DNA of 64,000 bases from Selaginella moellendorffii. Taxonomy: Eukaryota; Plantae; Lycopodiophyta. The stretch lies in NCBI RefSeq assembly GCF_000143415.4, contig NW_003314342.1, positions 395,569 through 459,568 of the forward strand, given 5' to 3'. The notes under the pieces are model-generated. The model saw nothing but the letters and a program-made list of their open reading frames with translations, was not told where the DNA came from and did not search any database. Positions 48,553 through 62,084 of the stretch are shown here, piece after piece; within the stretch, counting starts at the first letter, position 1; every line of letters starts with the position of its first letter. The position numbers were made by a program, and so were the translations under genes.

Positions 48553-49759
48553 ATGATGGATGATACGCAAAATGTGGTATGTTCTCCAAGTTTCTTGGAT
48601 CGTTTGCTTGTTTCCTTGCTTTGTTCTAGCGAAACAAACTTCATCTCTTCTTCTTCTTTGCCAATTGAATCACAACTCTTAAGAGAAAATTTCGCTTTTG
48701 CCACAGCACGAAGATAGCAAGGAGTCGCCAAAGCTGCTCGAGACCTCCAACCTCGTTCGCCTGGATCAGCAGCAGCAGCAGCAGCAGCAGCAAAACCTCC
48801 ACCAGCAGCTCGCGAAATCCATCCAGTTCCACTCCAAAGTCATGGACGTGCTCGTCGCCTACGGCGCGTGCAAGCGCAACCAAAACCACACCTCCGCCAC
48901 CCCGGTGCTCGACGGCTGCATGGAATTCTCCTCGAGCTTCAAGGGCGAGCGCAAATGCGAGGCCTGCGGCTGCCACCGGAGCTTTCACGAGCGGATCATC
49001 CTCATGCGCGATCAGAACGGCACGATCAGCTGCGCCTCCCAGATGGTTCCTCCGGAGATCGGAGCTCCCTTCCAGCGGAAAGAAGCGGATCATCCTTACT
49101 TAACCAGCGCCGCGGCCGCGGCCGCCGCTGGCATGATCAACGTAAACTCTAACTCCTCCGCTGCCGCCAGCAAGAGGAGGAAGCTGGACGAGTTTTGCAG
49201 CGACGATGGCGGTGGCTACTCGGATCTCATCCGCTCCACCTCGCCGCCATCCTCCGGGGCGATCATTCTCAACCCGAGCCAGCAGCCACTGCCGCTCCAG
49301 AGCCTGGAAGTGATCGATGGCGAGGTCAAGAGCAGCAGTGGCTGGCTGTGTGAGGCCGACAAGGAGAAGCTGCTGGGATCGTCCTACAAGAAGATCCACC
49401 ACCACGGCGACTTGGGCTTCGCCGCGGCCGCCAACCCGGCCGCCCCGCCCGAGAAGCTGGCCTCGTTCTTCGAGAGGCTCCAGAAGGAGCACCCGGAGTC
49501 GCCGCTCAAGCTCGAGTTCGTTGATGGAAGCTGGCGGGTCTTGTGTGGAGTTTGCGCGAGGTATTTGCGAGCGGACAAGAAGGGGGAGACGCTACACAAC
49601 ATCCAGAAGCAGCACTTCGTCACGCCCAAGCACATAAGCAACCTCAAGGCCAAGCTGGAAGCTCCCGACGAGATGGAGTTTTGGCTCAAAAGGATGGCCA
49701 AGTTGAGGGAGAAGCGAGCGCAGCAGCGAGCACAGCCTCGTTTCATCACTGCTGGGTGA
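48553..49759 (+). CDS. Atypical ZF-HD dimerisation-domain protein without a homeodomain. Exons 48553-48576, 48707-49759
   Basis: YGACKRN..VLDGCMEF..KCEACGCHRSFHER, poly-Q and poly-A tracts, and a C-terminal CxxC..H..H motif. Confidence 0.75.
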
Positions 49760-50163
49760 TCGATCAGGGATGGATGATCTTCCAGAGATTTTTTCTTCTT
49801 TTCCTTTTTGAATGATCGCGGTTAAAGGTTGCAAGCTTTGCTAGCTTCCTAGCTCTTCTTTTTATCACCGCCCATCGCCCAGGTAGTGTTCTTGCTCTTT
49901 TCCTCTTCTTGTGCTTACGTTGCTGGTAATAGTTATAATAATCTTTGGACTAGATCACTTGTTTTGGCTCTCCAGATCCGATCCAATCCATCCAATACCA
50001 ACATTCTCATACTTGTTTATTAACCCAAGATTAAGTTAAAAAGGATTTCTTTCGCCCTCGTATCATCACATAAAGAACGAAACGGTCAATGTATAGATAG
50101 AATTTACATTTCACAGTTAGACTCAATGATTTGCTTGTTCTCTTCTCCTTGTTGTGTTCTTCG

Positions 50164-51350
50164 CTATACCTCAGGGAAAATGCAGTATTTCTCCTGTTTC
50201 ATTGTGCCGCCGAAGGCAGGATCAAACTTTAGCTTGTAGAAAGTGGAATTCCGGCAGGCGACGAGAATGGTATAGGGTTCTTTGCTGCTGAAAGTTACCA
50301 CGGCGTGGGACTTTGTCTTGAGCTGAAACTGGGCAAACGACCACTGGGAGCTAAAGTAGCTCGGGAGAACACCTGCACGGACGTGATCAATACTTGTACG
50401 ACAGTGAAGTTTCCAAGATGATCTTACCTCTCATGAAGGAGAGTGACGAGGTTGGATTCGTGGCTGTGACTTCGTGATTTGAGGCGGTCGAAGAGTTTGA
50501 AGTCGTGGAAGAATCCGGGACGTTTACCTTGAATACGTGAATTGTGCATTTGTCACTGGTGAGCGCTAGCCAGTGATTGTCCGGAGAAAATGCCATGCTC
50601 CAAATCTCGGCTTTGTCTTTGCCTCTTCGAAGCTGGAGAAACCACAAAAAGAAAACTTATAAGTTGCCCGCCAACTCTTTCATGGGACATGTTTCTTACC
50701 TCTTGAAGCTTCTCCCCCCAGCCAGTGGAGATCGAGTAGATCTTCACGACCGTCCCCTTCACGCTCGCAGTGGCGAGGAATCGACCATTCTGGCTGAGTG
50801 CCAAGCACGAAAGTGTGTTTGCATGAGCGTTGATCGAGAAGGGATGCCTGTGAGCAGCGTGAATACGAACCTCGCCCTCCGAGAGCCCCGGAATCGCGAG
50901 AACGTATCCGGGGCTTAGGGCACACACTCCTCGAAGGTTGCAAGTGGTGACGCTGCTGTATATCCTTGAGGTCTCGTTTGCCTTGACGTAAACATGTAGC
51001 TCCACCTTGTTTTGCATCACAATCGCCACAGCATCGCCCGAGACCTTGATCGCCAGGACTTGAGACGCGCAATTGTACGATTTTGAGGAGATTCTGCCCT
51101 GGACCTCGTCCCAGATCACCACCCTTTTGTTGTCATCCAGTGGGAACTTGCCGCCACCCAAAAGGAAGAGCCTCAGATTGTCCTCCATCTCAGCGATGGC
51201 GAGACCCTTTGCAAGCTTTGGGTTCCTCCCAAAAGCGAGTTTGAGAGGATCACAGTCGTAAACCTCGACACCATCGTTGCAAGCGCAAACAAAGCGAGTG
51301 CTATCGTGATTGAATGCAACGTGTTTGTAGTAATCGTCCTTCTCCCCCAT
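50164..51350 (-). CDS. ATG18: ATG18/WIPI (PROPPIN) WD40 protein, 3 exons
   Basis: FNHDSTRF, VYDCDP, VVIWD, INAH..LSQNGRFLATASVKGT, LRRG..FSPDNHWLA..SDKCTIHVF, LPSYFSSQWSFAQF. Confidence 0.85.
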
Positions 51351-51507
51351 AATCTCCTTTTTCAAAAGATGTTTCTAGGGTTCCTCCCTTAAATACAATA
51401 ATTTAGGCTTAGGGTTTAATATGCCATGTGGATATATGTCACTGCTGGCAGTCACGTGTATAGCAGCGAGGCTTGACACGTGGCGGATGGAGGTTTAGGG
51501 TTCTTGG

Positions 51508-54500
51508 ATGCGAAGAAGGGCATTCTTTGCGAGGTTTTTCGCGACAGAGAATCGGGGCTTTGCGCCGGAGCGATGCCTCAAAGAGGAGATGCTGGGTGTT
51601 TACACGCGAGCCAGCGGGCGGTTGGGGGATCTGGAGGGAATGATGGGCGGCGCTGGGGCGGCGGAGACGGTGGTGCCGTGGACGGCGATGGTGGCCGGTC
51701 TTGTTCGCCAAGAGCTCTTCCGCGATGCCATTCTCGTGTTCCGGCAAATGCAGCTCCAGGGTGTAGCGCCCAACCGCGTGACGATCATGACGGCGCTCAC
51801 TGCCTGCCTCGATCTCGCGTCCCCGCCGCTGCTCCGCCTCCTCCACTCCATCGCCGCCGACGCCCAGCTCGCCACCGACATCGCTATCGCCACCTCGCTG
51901 CTCAACATCCACGGCAAGATCGGCAGCCTCGCCGCGGCCAAGGCGATCTTCCACTCCATGGAGATCAAGTCCGTGATCGCCTGGACAGCGATGATGGCCG
52001 CGTGCGTCCACCACCGCGAGAATCGAGAGGCGCTCGTGTTCTTCCGGAGAATGCTGCTGGAACACTCGATCGCCAACACGATCACCTTCGTCACCGTGCT
52101 CGGTGCTTGCGGCAATTGCCGCGAGGGGGCATCTGTCCACGAATGGATGATCGAGTCTGGGGTCTCTGCCAGCAGCGTTTTCGCGAGCACCGCAATCGTC
52201 ACGATGTATGGACGATGCGGTAGCGTGGGTCACGCCAAGGAGGTGTTTGATTCGATCGTGGAGAAGAATTTCATCTCGTGGAACGCTATGGTGGCAGCAT
52301 TTGCCCAGAACCGGCATTGCGCTCACGCTTTGGCGATGGTGCGCTCCATGGATCTCGAGGGACTCCACCCCGATCGAGTCACCTGGCTGAGCGTGCTGGG
52401 CAGCGTCGCGGAGATCGATATCCGTGATGGGCGATGGATCCACTCGCGGATCCTGGGCAGCGGGATCGAGCTGGATTTCGCGCTGGGGACGGCACTGCTC
52501 AACATGTACGCCAGGAACCACAGCCTCGAGGAGGCGCTGTGGATCTTTCGCCACGAGATGAGCTCGCGGAGCTCGATCTCCTGGAACACAATGCTGGCAG
52601 CATCCGCGCACATCGGCGACGAGGGAGTTTTTCTCGATCTCCTCCGCGAGACGAGGCACGAGGGAGTGATTCCGAGCGAGGGGGCGATCGTCGCGTGTCT
52701 CGGTGCTTGCGCCAGCACGATCGGGGAGGGAGAGATCGTTCTCTCTCACGCGAAGGAGCTGGGGATTTGTATGAAGAGAGCTCTTCCAGCTACTGCAGCA
52801 GTGACGTTCTTCCGGAGATCTGGGAGGCTGGCGGCGGCGAGAGAGATCTTTGATGGTGTGGAGGAGGAGGAGAGGGATTTGCCGCTGTGGGGGACGATGA
52901 TCGCTGGCTACGCCGATGATTTCCAGCTCCGCCCCGCGATGGCACTGCTGCGAAGGATGCAGCACTGCGGTGTTCTTCCCAGCAAGGTGGTGATCGTCGC
53001 CATGATCAACCTCTGCGCGGCAGTGTCGGATCTTCGCCAAGGCGAGATTTTCCGCGCTTTGTTCGTGGAGTCCTGTGGGATCGATCGAGAAAACTCGGCG
53101 GTGGTGGCCAACGCGCTTGTAGATATGTATGGGAAGTGTGGAGAGTTGTCGCTCGCGAGAAAGCTCTTTCGAGAGATCCCGGAGAAGGACTCGGTGTCTT
53201 GGAACTCAATCGTATCAGCGCTTTGCGATCACGGTCGGGGACGAGAGGCTTTGGAGCTCGTCCGGGAGATGATGCTCGAAGGCATGGCATCTAGCAGCGT
53301 TGGATTCCTCGCGGTGCTGAGCTCCGGATCTCTGGAGCTTCCGGAAGTGAAGACTTTCGAGACGATCTTGGTGGAGCTCGGCATGGATGAAAACGCTGCT
53401 ACCTCGCTCGTCACCGGCTATGGGAAGTGTGGAAACTTGGCAGACGCGAGGAGGGTGTTTGAGGAGACGATGATCGATCACAGGGTGGTGGCGTGGAACT
53501 GTTTGATATCGATCCACGCTGAGAACCGCGAGCTCCAGCGAGCTTACAGGACGTATCTCGAGATGCTTCTCAGCGGAGTGGCTCCCGAGAGGATCACCTT
53601 CATTGTGATCTTGAGCGTTCTCGTGGAGAGCTCCGGACAGGATTTGCGATCGCTGGAGCTCGTCCGCGCTTGCATTGCCGAGGCCGGCCTGGAGACCGAG
53701 CTCGTTGTTGGAAACGCTCTCATCAGCGCGTTTGGAAAGTGCTCCAGCCCCGGCAACGCTCGAGAGATCTTCGACGCTATGATCGAGCGCAACAAAGTCT
53801 CGTGGACTGCGATCATCGCTGCGTACGCTCACAGCCACTATGGCGCCATCGCCAAGCTGTTCTTCCGGCGAATGCTGCTCCAAGGCGAAGAGCCCGACCG
53901 AGTAACCTTCGCCACCATTCTCTCCACTTGCACCACCGCCGCCGCTCTCGTCGAAGGCAAGCGCTTCCACGCTTTGCTCGCCGAGCGCCCGGCGATGGAG
54001 ATGGATCCCGTGGTGGTCTCGGCGCTCATCCACATGTATAGCAAGTGTGGAAGCCTCGAGTCCGCGAGCAAAGTTTTCGATCGTGGACGGAGCTTCTTGC
54101 TGCAGGAGAACTTGCTGGTGTGGACGTCCGTCATCTCGGCCTATGCTCACCACGGCGATGGCGAGAGAGCTCTCAAGCTCTTTGCGCGGATGCAGCAGGC
54201 TGGATTGCGAGCCGACGGCGTGACGATACTGAGCGTTCTCTCGGCCTGTGCCAAGGCCGGGATGCTCGAGACCGGGATCCAGTTCTTCGCGTCCATAGCT
54301 CGGGATCACTGCCTGGAGGTGACTCTGGAGCACTACAGCTGCTTGGTTGATCTTCTGGGACGAGCGGGAGAGCTCAGTGCTGCCCAGGAGCTCGTCCGGA
54401 GAATCCCCAACGCCAGAGCTTACGTGAGCTTCTTGAGCTCGTGTAGTGTTCAAGGAGATGTTGAGCTGGGAAGAGCGGCGGCGGAGAAAGTGAGTGTTTT

Positions 54501-54564
54501 AGATCCAAGCATCCCCGCTGGCTACGTTGTTCTGTCCAATTTGGTATCAGGGAAACTGCCATGA
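51508..54564 (+). CDS. Large PLS-class PPR protein with E domain, no DYW (1018 aa)
   Basis: Arg-rich presequence, many PPR motifs, HYSCLVDLLGRAG..PAGYVVLSN. Confidence 0.93.
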   Translation: MRRRAFFARFFATENRGFAPERCLKEEMLGVYTRASGRLGDLEGMMGGAGAAETVVPWTAMVAGLVRQELFRDAILVFRQMQLQGVAPNRVTIMTALTACLDLASPPLLRLLHSIAADAQLATDIAIATSLLNIHGKIGSLAAAKAIFHSMEIKSVIAWTAMMAACVHHRENREALVFFRRMLLEHSIANTITFVTVLGACGNCREGASVHEWMIESGVSASSVFASTAIVTMYGRCGSVGHAKEVFDSIVEKNFISWNAMVAAFAQNRHCAHALAMVRSMDLEGLHPDRVTWLSVLGSVAEIDIRDGRWIHSRILGSGIELDFALGTALLNMYARNHSLEEALWIFRHEMSSRSSISWNTMLAASAHIGDEGVFLDLLRETRHEGVIPSEGAIVACLGACASTIGEGEIVLSHAKELGICMKRALPATAAVTFFRRSGRLAAAREIFDGVEEEERDLPLWGTMIAGYADDFQLRPAMALLRRMQHCGVLPSKVVIVAMINLCAAVSDLRQGEIFRALFVESCGIDRENSAVVANALVDMYGKCGELSLARKLFREIPEKDSVSWNSIVSALCDHGRGREALELVREMMLEGMASSSVGFLAVLSSGSLELPEVKTFETILVELGMDENAATSLVTGYGKCGNLADARRVFEETMIDHRVVAWNCLISIHAENRELQRAYRTYLEMLLSGVAPERITFIVILSVLVESSGQDLRSLELVRACIAEAGLETELVVGNALISAFGKCSSPGNAREIFDAMIERNKVSWTAIIAAYAHSHYGAIAKLFFRRMLLQGEEPDRVTFATILSTCTTAAALVEGKRFHALLAERPAMEMDPVVVSALIHMYSKCGSLESASKVFDRGRSFLLQENLLVWTSVISAYAHHGDGERALKLFARMQQAGLRADGVTILSVLSACAKAGMLETGIQFFASIARDHCLEVTLEHYSCLVDLLGRAGELSAAQELVRRIPNARAYVSFLSSCSVQGDVELGRAAAEKVSVLDPSIPAGYVVLSNLVSGKLP

Positions 54565-56748
54565 ACTCAAAAGATCGTCTTCGCCATAGAGCAATCACCG
54601 ATGTCGATCGATTCTACTTGCCTCTGGAGCTTTCTCCGGCTCCGGTCTTGTACCGGTCTTGATTCCTAGAAATCCTTAGAGCATCCACACTTCCATTCTC
54701 TTTACTGTTCAATCTTTCTCTTTCACCAACACTGGTCCGATACCCGCGTTTCTCCTTCAATTCCGACATTTCAAGGATTAGGTGGAAGATTGTTATTACT
54801 ATAAAATGTAAATGTTAGCTTTATAGTATCTTTTATTTTTTATTTTGAAATATTTACTTTAGGTTTACATTATATATAACTATTGCAAGTATGCCTAAAC
54901 TTTGAAGGGGGACTCCATTCATTTTTTTTTTGAAAGGCTGAGATTAAATATTCATTTCATGTTGCAAGGTTTAAATAAAAAATAAAACTTTTTAAGAAAA
55001 ATAGAAAATATTTTAATTATCAAAATAATATATATGTCAGTTTATTACATTTTATAGTGGATTAATTTATGATGAAAATATAAATAATTTTTTAAAAGTA
55101 CATGACATTGTATTATTTGATAGAAAATATATTAAATTTTTTATATCTAAAATCTGCTAATTATAATGTAGAACCACACATTTATACTACTATTAAACAC
55201 ATAAAGGTTTACCATTAAATTCAATCACTTATTACCCTTCAATTTAATGAAAGTTTTGAAAGTAGCCACTTATTTTTGAATGTTTTCTTTATACATTGAA
55301 TATTTTAATGAAAGGTCACTCAAACTTTTAGTATTTCTTTAATAATATCTGAGAGCGAGCGGAATTTAGTTAAGAGAGTTTTAAACTACTTAAAGAAATT
55401 TTAAATTACTTAAAGAGCAGTTAAAACTTTTCTGAGTATAGATCAAGTCGTTTTTGAAGGTATTGGGAGAATGAAAATAGTGTCCCTTTTCAAAATGGAG
55501 AGATAGTGATATACCCATTAAAGAGGATTGATGGGGAGAGATTTGAAAAGTTACTTGAAGAATAGAAATTTGAAGATCTGTATGTTTTGAGATTTTTTAT
55601 CTACAATAGTAAATCTTTTATCTATCGAATGTTGTTGGAACAAAGTCCTTATAAATAAAATATTTTTATACTATTATTTCACAATCAGTTAGGTTTTAAA
55701 AATCTTTTAAATTTATTTAAGAAAAAATAAAATTAGATGATGGTCTTATCCTTTTAAATATTTATTACACTATTTAAAACATTTTTAGAAAATTAAAATA
55801 TTGGTAAATTTTTTTTTTTCTAATTAAAGCAACTTGGAATTATTACACTATAATTGATATATAAATCTTATATATATGACTAATTAATTTAAATAACATT
55901 AAATATAAAGTTTCATTATAAAAAATAGGTTTTAGTGAGTCCTTCCTCGGCAGCAGGGTTTAATAAATAAAAGCAAAAGTGAGTGATGTGCCTTGTCTAA
56001 AATATTTATTTTGAAAATTGTTGTTTATAAAATTAAAATTACTTTTATATTTACAAAATAAAACATTATGTAAATTAAAAAATACATAGAATATCATAAC
56101 AAAATATTAATTTTTTTCTTGCATTTTACTCATACTAAGTTTAATAATCATTTGATAACATAAGAAACATATGATAAAAAGGATATCAGCAAAATTGCTA
56201 ATAATATAAATATAATTATAATTAATTATTTGTATATATTAGTAAAACTTATATTACAATTAAAAGAAATCTTCAGTAATATAAACATGCCTATATAGGC
56301 TATTTTATAATCCTAACTATAATAGCAATAAAACATTTCGATTATATTATTACAAAATAGCTAATCATTATTAGTTATGCATTTTATTAATTTAATACAT
56401 TTCAATAAAAATTAGAAAAATTTATTTTTAAAAATTATATATTCCATTGATAAATTAATTTTGATAATATTAATATTTTAAATTATTTTTGAAGTTGTAA
56501 GGACTCCATAAGCCACACTATATGAACTTATTTTGTTTTTAATCTTCTTTATTTATTAAAGGCAATAATATCAGAAAATATCTATATATGAACTATAATT
56601 TTCTCAAGAATATTTATATTTTTTATTTTGTATCCAGAATTTTTTTGATAATATTTTGGGTTTTTAAAGAATATAATTACCCCATTATCAAAATACATTA
56701 TTAAAATGTTCATTATACTCAATTTCAAAATGAACTTTAGGTTATAAG

Positions 56749-56909
56749 TATGAGTGCATGGAATATGCAAATGGAATATAGAAAATACTTATTAATTAGC
56801 CCAAAAAGTTTAGCTTATAAATAAGAGCAATTGGCCTGGATTTAAACCAATATGACAATTATTAAAATCCCATTATATTAATATTAATATACAACATCAT
56901 AGCTATACA
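56749..56909. repeat. Left (3') LTR
   Basis: Collinear with 61221-61382 (tattaattagcccaaaaa..taatattaatata..atagct.taca). Confidence 0.75.
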
Positions 56910-59900
56910 CTTGACGTCATATCATCCTCTCCTCTCGGAAGGATAAAAAGTAGTTAGAGTTCTCTAGTTAATAAACCAGGATTTGGAAGAACATTAGAAG
57001 GAGGTTATAGTAGATTGTAGATGGTATCAGTTGTTCCTGAACCCTTTATATGAAGCATTTCAGTTATTGCACATATATAATTTCTAGAGGATTGGTCTTT
57101 TGAATATCATGCCGAACCTTATAAACTTGCGTCTCACTTGCCACGACAATACAGTCTCTTCTATTGAGAAAAGAGCCCCTTAAACAAATCATATACCATA
57201 AGATTGAGAAAATGGATTAACACTAAATTATCCACTATATATTGTGTTGGTGGATGATGATAGCTATTGTAACACCTTTGTTATCCCACTTAAATATGGC
57301 CTAAGTATTTAGTAGATTCCATTTGAACAAATGGAAGAATGTTCATTAAATATTGTTCTTAAGATTTAACATCAGTAGCTCATGGCAATTGCAAAGGTAA
57401 ATTCAAATCTGTTAGCAATATTGGATCATGATTATATAGGAGTTTATATGGTGAAACAATAATAGAATTATGTACCTTATGACATATGTATACCAAAGAG
57501 ATTGTAAATAACCATCCCAATCTAAATGCTAAAAGTTTATATACTTTACAATCATTTTTTTGAAGATCTGAATAAATTGTTCCACTAAATCATTTATTTG
57601 TGAATAATAAGCACTTATGAAAGTGTAGTATATCCCTAGCTAAGATGTTAAAACATAAAATACCTTAGCCATAAATGCAAAACTATCCTTCGAGAGAATC
57701 TACTCTGACCAGGAATGCTAGAACACCACTTGATTGAGAAGCAAACATCCAACAATAATTGCAAATGCATTAGCAAGGATATCAACTTTCACTTAGTGAG
57801 TTAAGAAGCAATAATAATATACTTATTACCAATAGTTGATTGTGGAAAATGTCTTATTGGATCAAATGCCATAAACTCAAATAAACAAAAAATTATAATT
57901 AACTCCAACTATCCTTCTGCAACAGAAAGGGAAGTATTATGAGCTTGGCATCAAATGTAGTTAAGCATATATTAGACAACATGACATTACATCTATGAAA
58001 TTTATGCAACTTCTTAATCACACAATAATGTCCTATATACCCATCTAGAATAGGGGAATCATGATAGAGATGGAGAAACTCTGGAATAAAAACTGAAGGC
58101 ACCATCAGCAGTAAATAATCATTAAAATTAGTCCTTATAAAATAAAGAAGTCATCCTCAAGGTGATATTAAGAATATAAATGCCGAAATGACAAGTCATC
58201 AATAAGTGATGTAGAAAATTTTAAATCTATTACAAAGCCTTTAGATCCATAATTTAACCTTTTGAGCCTTATAAACCTTATTAAACAAAGGTAAATTTTT
58301 TTTTGCACTTTATGGACACTAAACATTATATGTAACAACTGCCAATAGTACAAAATCATTATTCAGAAAATCCATTGATGCTAGAATAACAAGCTTATTA
58401 AAAATAGGAGAAGTGAGTGAAGAAGGGAAAGGAGCTTGAGAAAAAGCATTAGCATCAGCCATAGAACTCCCCAAATAAATAACCTCGAGATCATATATCA
58501 AAATCATATATTTAAAGCTTTAAGGCCCATTAATACGACCAACTAAGTTTTATTGGTTCAATAACAAAGTAATTGTAGCATAATCACCTTTTAGTAATAT
58601 TTGAGAACCATACAAATATGAATAAAAGTTCTTAAAAACCCCAAATTGTTACTGAGCACTCCTTCTCTATTATGGAGTAGTTCATCTCTACTGATTGTAA
58701 TATATGGTTAATATATGCAATGAGATGACATTAACCAGGCACATTCATACTCTTTTGCATCAAGACACTATTGAGACTAATATTAAAAACATCTACACAC
58801 AAAATGAAAAGTTGAGTGTAATTAGGATGTGCCAAAATTAGAAGAGTAGTTAACAACTCTTTGAGATTTGTAAAGGCTTGTTCATAATCTTGATGACTAA
58901 ATGAAAAATGATGTTAATGACTTTAGCAATGCTTGCAATGGTGCAATACGATCAGAAAGATGATCAACAAAATGACTGAGATGATGCATTTTACCTAGGA
59001 ACTGGTACATATAATTCACACACTTATGAGTTATTTCGACCACTTCAACTTTAAACTAACTTCCTACAGCTGATTTAACACTTTACGAACATCATGGATG
59101 TGCTTTTCACATGTTCTCTCAAAGTGAATCAAGACATCAATAATGAAGTTAGTAGTCACCTTTGGCATATTGTAAACAACCTCATCCATTATTCATTAGA
59201 AAGTTGCTAAAGCATTGTTCAAATTTGTTTTCAGATCTAAAGACATAACTTACTTGAAGTATTATATTTTTTGTAAAGGTTTGTAAATTGATTTGATAAA
59301 CTTGTTCTTTTGTATGAAACACAGCTTTAAGAACATCTTTTTCAGCTATCAACATTTGCTAGTACCCAAAAGCAAAATTTAACTAGGTGAATTAACAATT
59401 TCTCCCTAGACGATTTAAAAAATTAACAGTGTGAGGAAGAGGGTACACATCCAGGATAGTCACATTATTTAACAGATAATAGTCAATGCAAAAGTGAATA
59501 ATGACCTCATATTATAGGTCAAAGTGAAAGAAATTGACATACTTGAGGCAATCAACCGCTGAGATACAAAGACCATTGGAAGGATTTGAAGAGGGAATAA
59601 AGGAATAAGATAGAAACATAGAAGGAAATAATGGAGAGATAAAAGTGATAAAAGCAAAGGTAAACATAAAGGGTCGATGATGAATAGAAATGGAATAAAT
59701 ATAAGGAAGTATGAGATAAAGGAATAAACCTTAAAGTCACATTTGACATAATTGCACTGCAATTAATCTATACTAAAGATAAGGTCAAAAGTTTGACTTA
59801 GTGCCACTCACAACAACTTTAGCTCAAGTTTAAAATTGCCCACACACACAATTAAGTTCACCTCATCCCATGTATATGTATGTATATAGTTATTGCCATA

Positions 59901-61220
59901 AAGAATAAAAATTGGCTCTACTACATGACACAAATGTAGATTGTGGCAACAAGTTGAGCAATAGAAAACAAACTCAAGCTTGTATCAGCCAACATGGAGA
60001 GAATAATAAGAGATATTTTATCATAAAAACAAGCTTAGAAATTAAATACTAAATGAATTGGTGCTAAGTGACCCCTTGATGATACTCTTAAAAGAAAGAT
60101 AGAGAGTCATTGGCTTATTTTCCAAGAAACCTCCACTACTCACACAACTCTTTATTTCCCAAAAGCATCTTAATGTCTAAACCTTCCATTGTAGCAACAC
60201 TAACAAAATGATGTTAATGCCAAGGTCTTCACCCAAGAAATAGAGGTTACCAATTTGAAAAACATTGACCACGCTGATATGTGTAGTTAATCTCATCACA
60301 CACCCAGTAGTGGACATCACAGCCACAACCACGTCCTTGCCTTTGTTCTTGAACATGAGCAGTAGTAACATTAACCTCCATCAAAACAGAACCATCTCCT
60401 ACAGTAAGTAGGGTGAAGGATGTACAGTAAGAAGAGGCAATATCTCATAATGTTATATTAGTCAAAGAGTATCATTAAAGGTTGTTGGAACAAGTGTATG
60501 TATTAGTCTCACAAAATCTTGACGAAGTGTTAGCTATAACATTCTTAACTTCATCCATTTTAATATATTTGGCTTTACATGAAGCAAGAGGCTTAAGAAG
60601 CAAACACTAAATTACATTATTGATTCATATGACTTTTGACAAAAACAATGCAATTATTGAAAAATATCATCATAATCATTAATATGTCTAGATGCACATT
60701 TGAAGATATCTATGAGAATGCTCTAACCTGCATAAATGGTTATACTTAAACCATTATACCATTGTAATGCCATCCCTTGCAAACATGTGGGAAACTCAAG
60801 CAAACACTAATCATCATTCTAAGAATAGTAAATGGTCATCACCATAAAGTGATTGAAATAATGGTATATATCATCTTTAAGATTTCCATAGAAGAACTTT
60901 GGCCAGATGTGAGAATTAGTAATAAAAGCAGGAGGAATTGTACCTCGCATCATAAATACCATTATTAATTGAGTCTGATTGTTCAATTACACCCACATAG
61001 CATCAAATAATTATAATAACTGTTACTCTAGAGTCAAAGAAGGAGGAGGCTGTTACTTTACCATGAAACTGAATAAAAAGGAAAAAAAAAACAAAAGAGA
61101 AGAAATTAAATAAATTATAAGGAAAGTGAGATTTAGATAATGCAAAAGTTAAATTTAAACTAAAGGCCCAAATCTAAACACTCTTCAAGGACAATCAAAA
61201 TTGCCACTCTCTTTCACCAA

Positions 61221-61382
61221 TGTGAATATATACAATATAGAAATGAAATGTAGAAATGTATATATTAATTAGCCCAAAAACTCTAGTTTATATATAAGAG
61301 TGAGCGATCTGGATTGAAATCAATCCGACAGTTATCAAAATTCCACTATACTAATATTAATATATGGCATTATAGCTGTACA
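61221..61382. repeat. Right (5') LTR, TG...CA termini
   Basis: Begins tgtg and ends gtaca; collinear with the left LTR. Confidence 0.75.
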
Positions 61383-62084
61383 TAAAGAGTTAAATTTAAA
61401 TTTAATTTAGTTTTAAAAATATTATCATTACTAGAATGAAAATAAACTTTTTCACACAAGAAAAATTACTTATATATGAGGCCAGTAATAATCTCAGTGT
61501 TTGTGATATTAGCCAAAGACTGATCTCAGTGTATATGAAAACCATGACTTGGATGGAGCTTTCAATTTTTTTAATTGTATTTCTCACATATATAAGATCC
61601 CTAAGGTTGATATATATAGATTAGAGTGGCAAACTTCTCAGTGTAGAGATTGCTTGAAGTAACAACCAATTTTTCTTTCTTGCGATGAAGATTTCTGAAG
61701 AGCATGTTTTTTTTTCCTTCTTGTCCAGGAAGAGCTCCACTTCGAGATGTCGCGTTCTCAAACTTTTCCAGAGAGAAACACAGGAGATGATTAGATGATT
61801 GCAGACGTCTTCACTGTGCACACCTCGAAGCATGCCTGGAATGAAGAAAACACTTGGCGGAGGGAAAAAAAAACGAACGGATGAACAATGGGCTGCCAAA
61901 ACATGTTTTACACTCTTTTGTTCTGGGCTATGGCTGTCTTGGCTGAGGGGGAGTGTTGGGTATAGCCAAGAGAACGGATATATAAGACAGAGAATGGAGC
62001 ACCAAGAAACAAGCAAGAGTATATAGAGGGAGTGGCCAATCGACAAAACAGAGGATATTCTCGAGAATTCTAGGTGCGTTGGGC

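Larger units (their letters stand above)
56749..61382 (-). mobile_element. Decayed Ty3/gypsy LTR retrotransposon (~4.6 kb)
   Basis: Two ~160-bp LTR-like direct repeats. Minus-strand relics in RT-RH-INT order: LNNALATF (~59200), KNFYSYLYG / WALKL*IYDFDI / ADANAFSQ (58430-58640), HLYHDSP..GYIG (~58050). PBS-like TGG next to the right LTR. Confidence 0.8.

Noticed and set aside
51439-54453. Long antisense ORFs (533 and 412 aa) opposite the large PPR
   Set aside because: Shadow frames of a GC-rich coding strand with no recognisable domains. The same applies to antisense ORFs over GAUT, AZG and the other PPRs.
56744-61387. Target-site duplication of the LTR element
   Set aside because: The flanks ataag and taaag do not match well enough to call.
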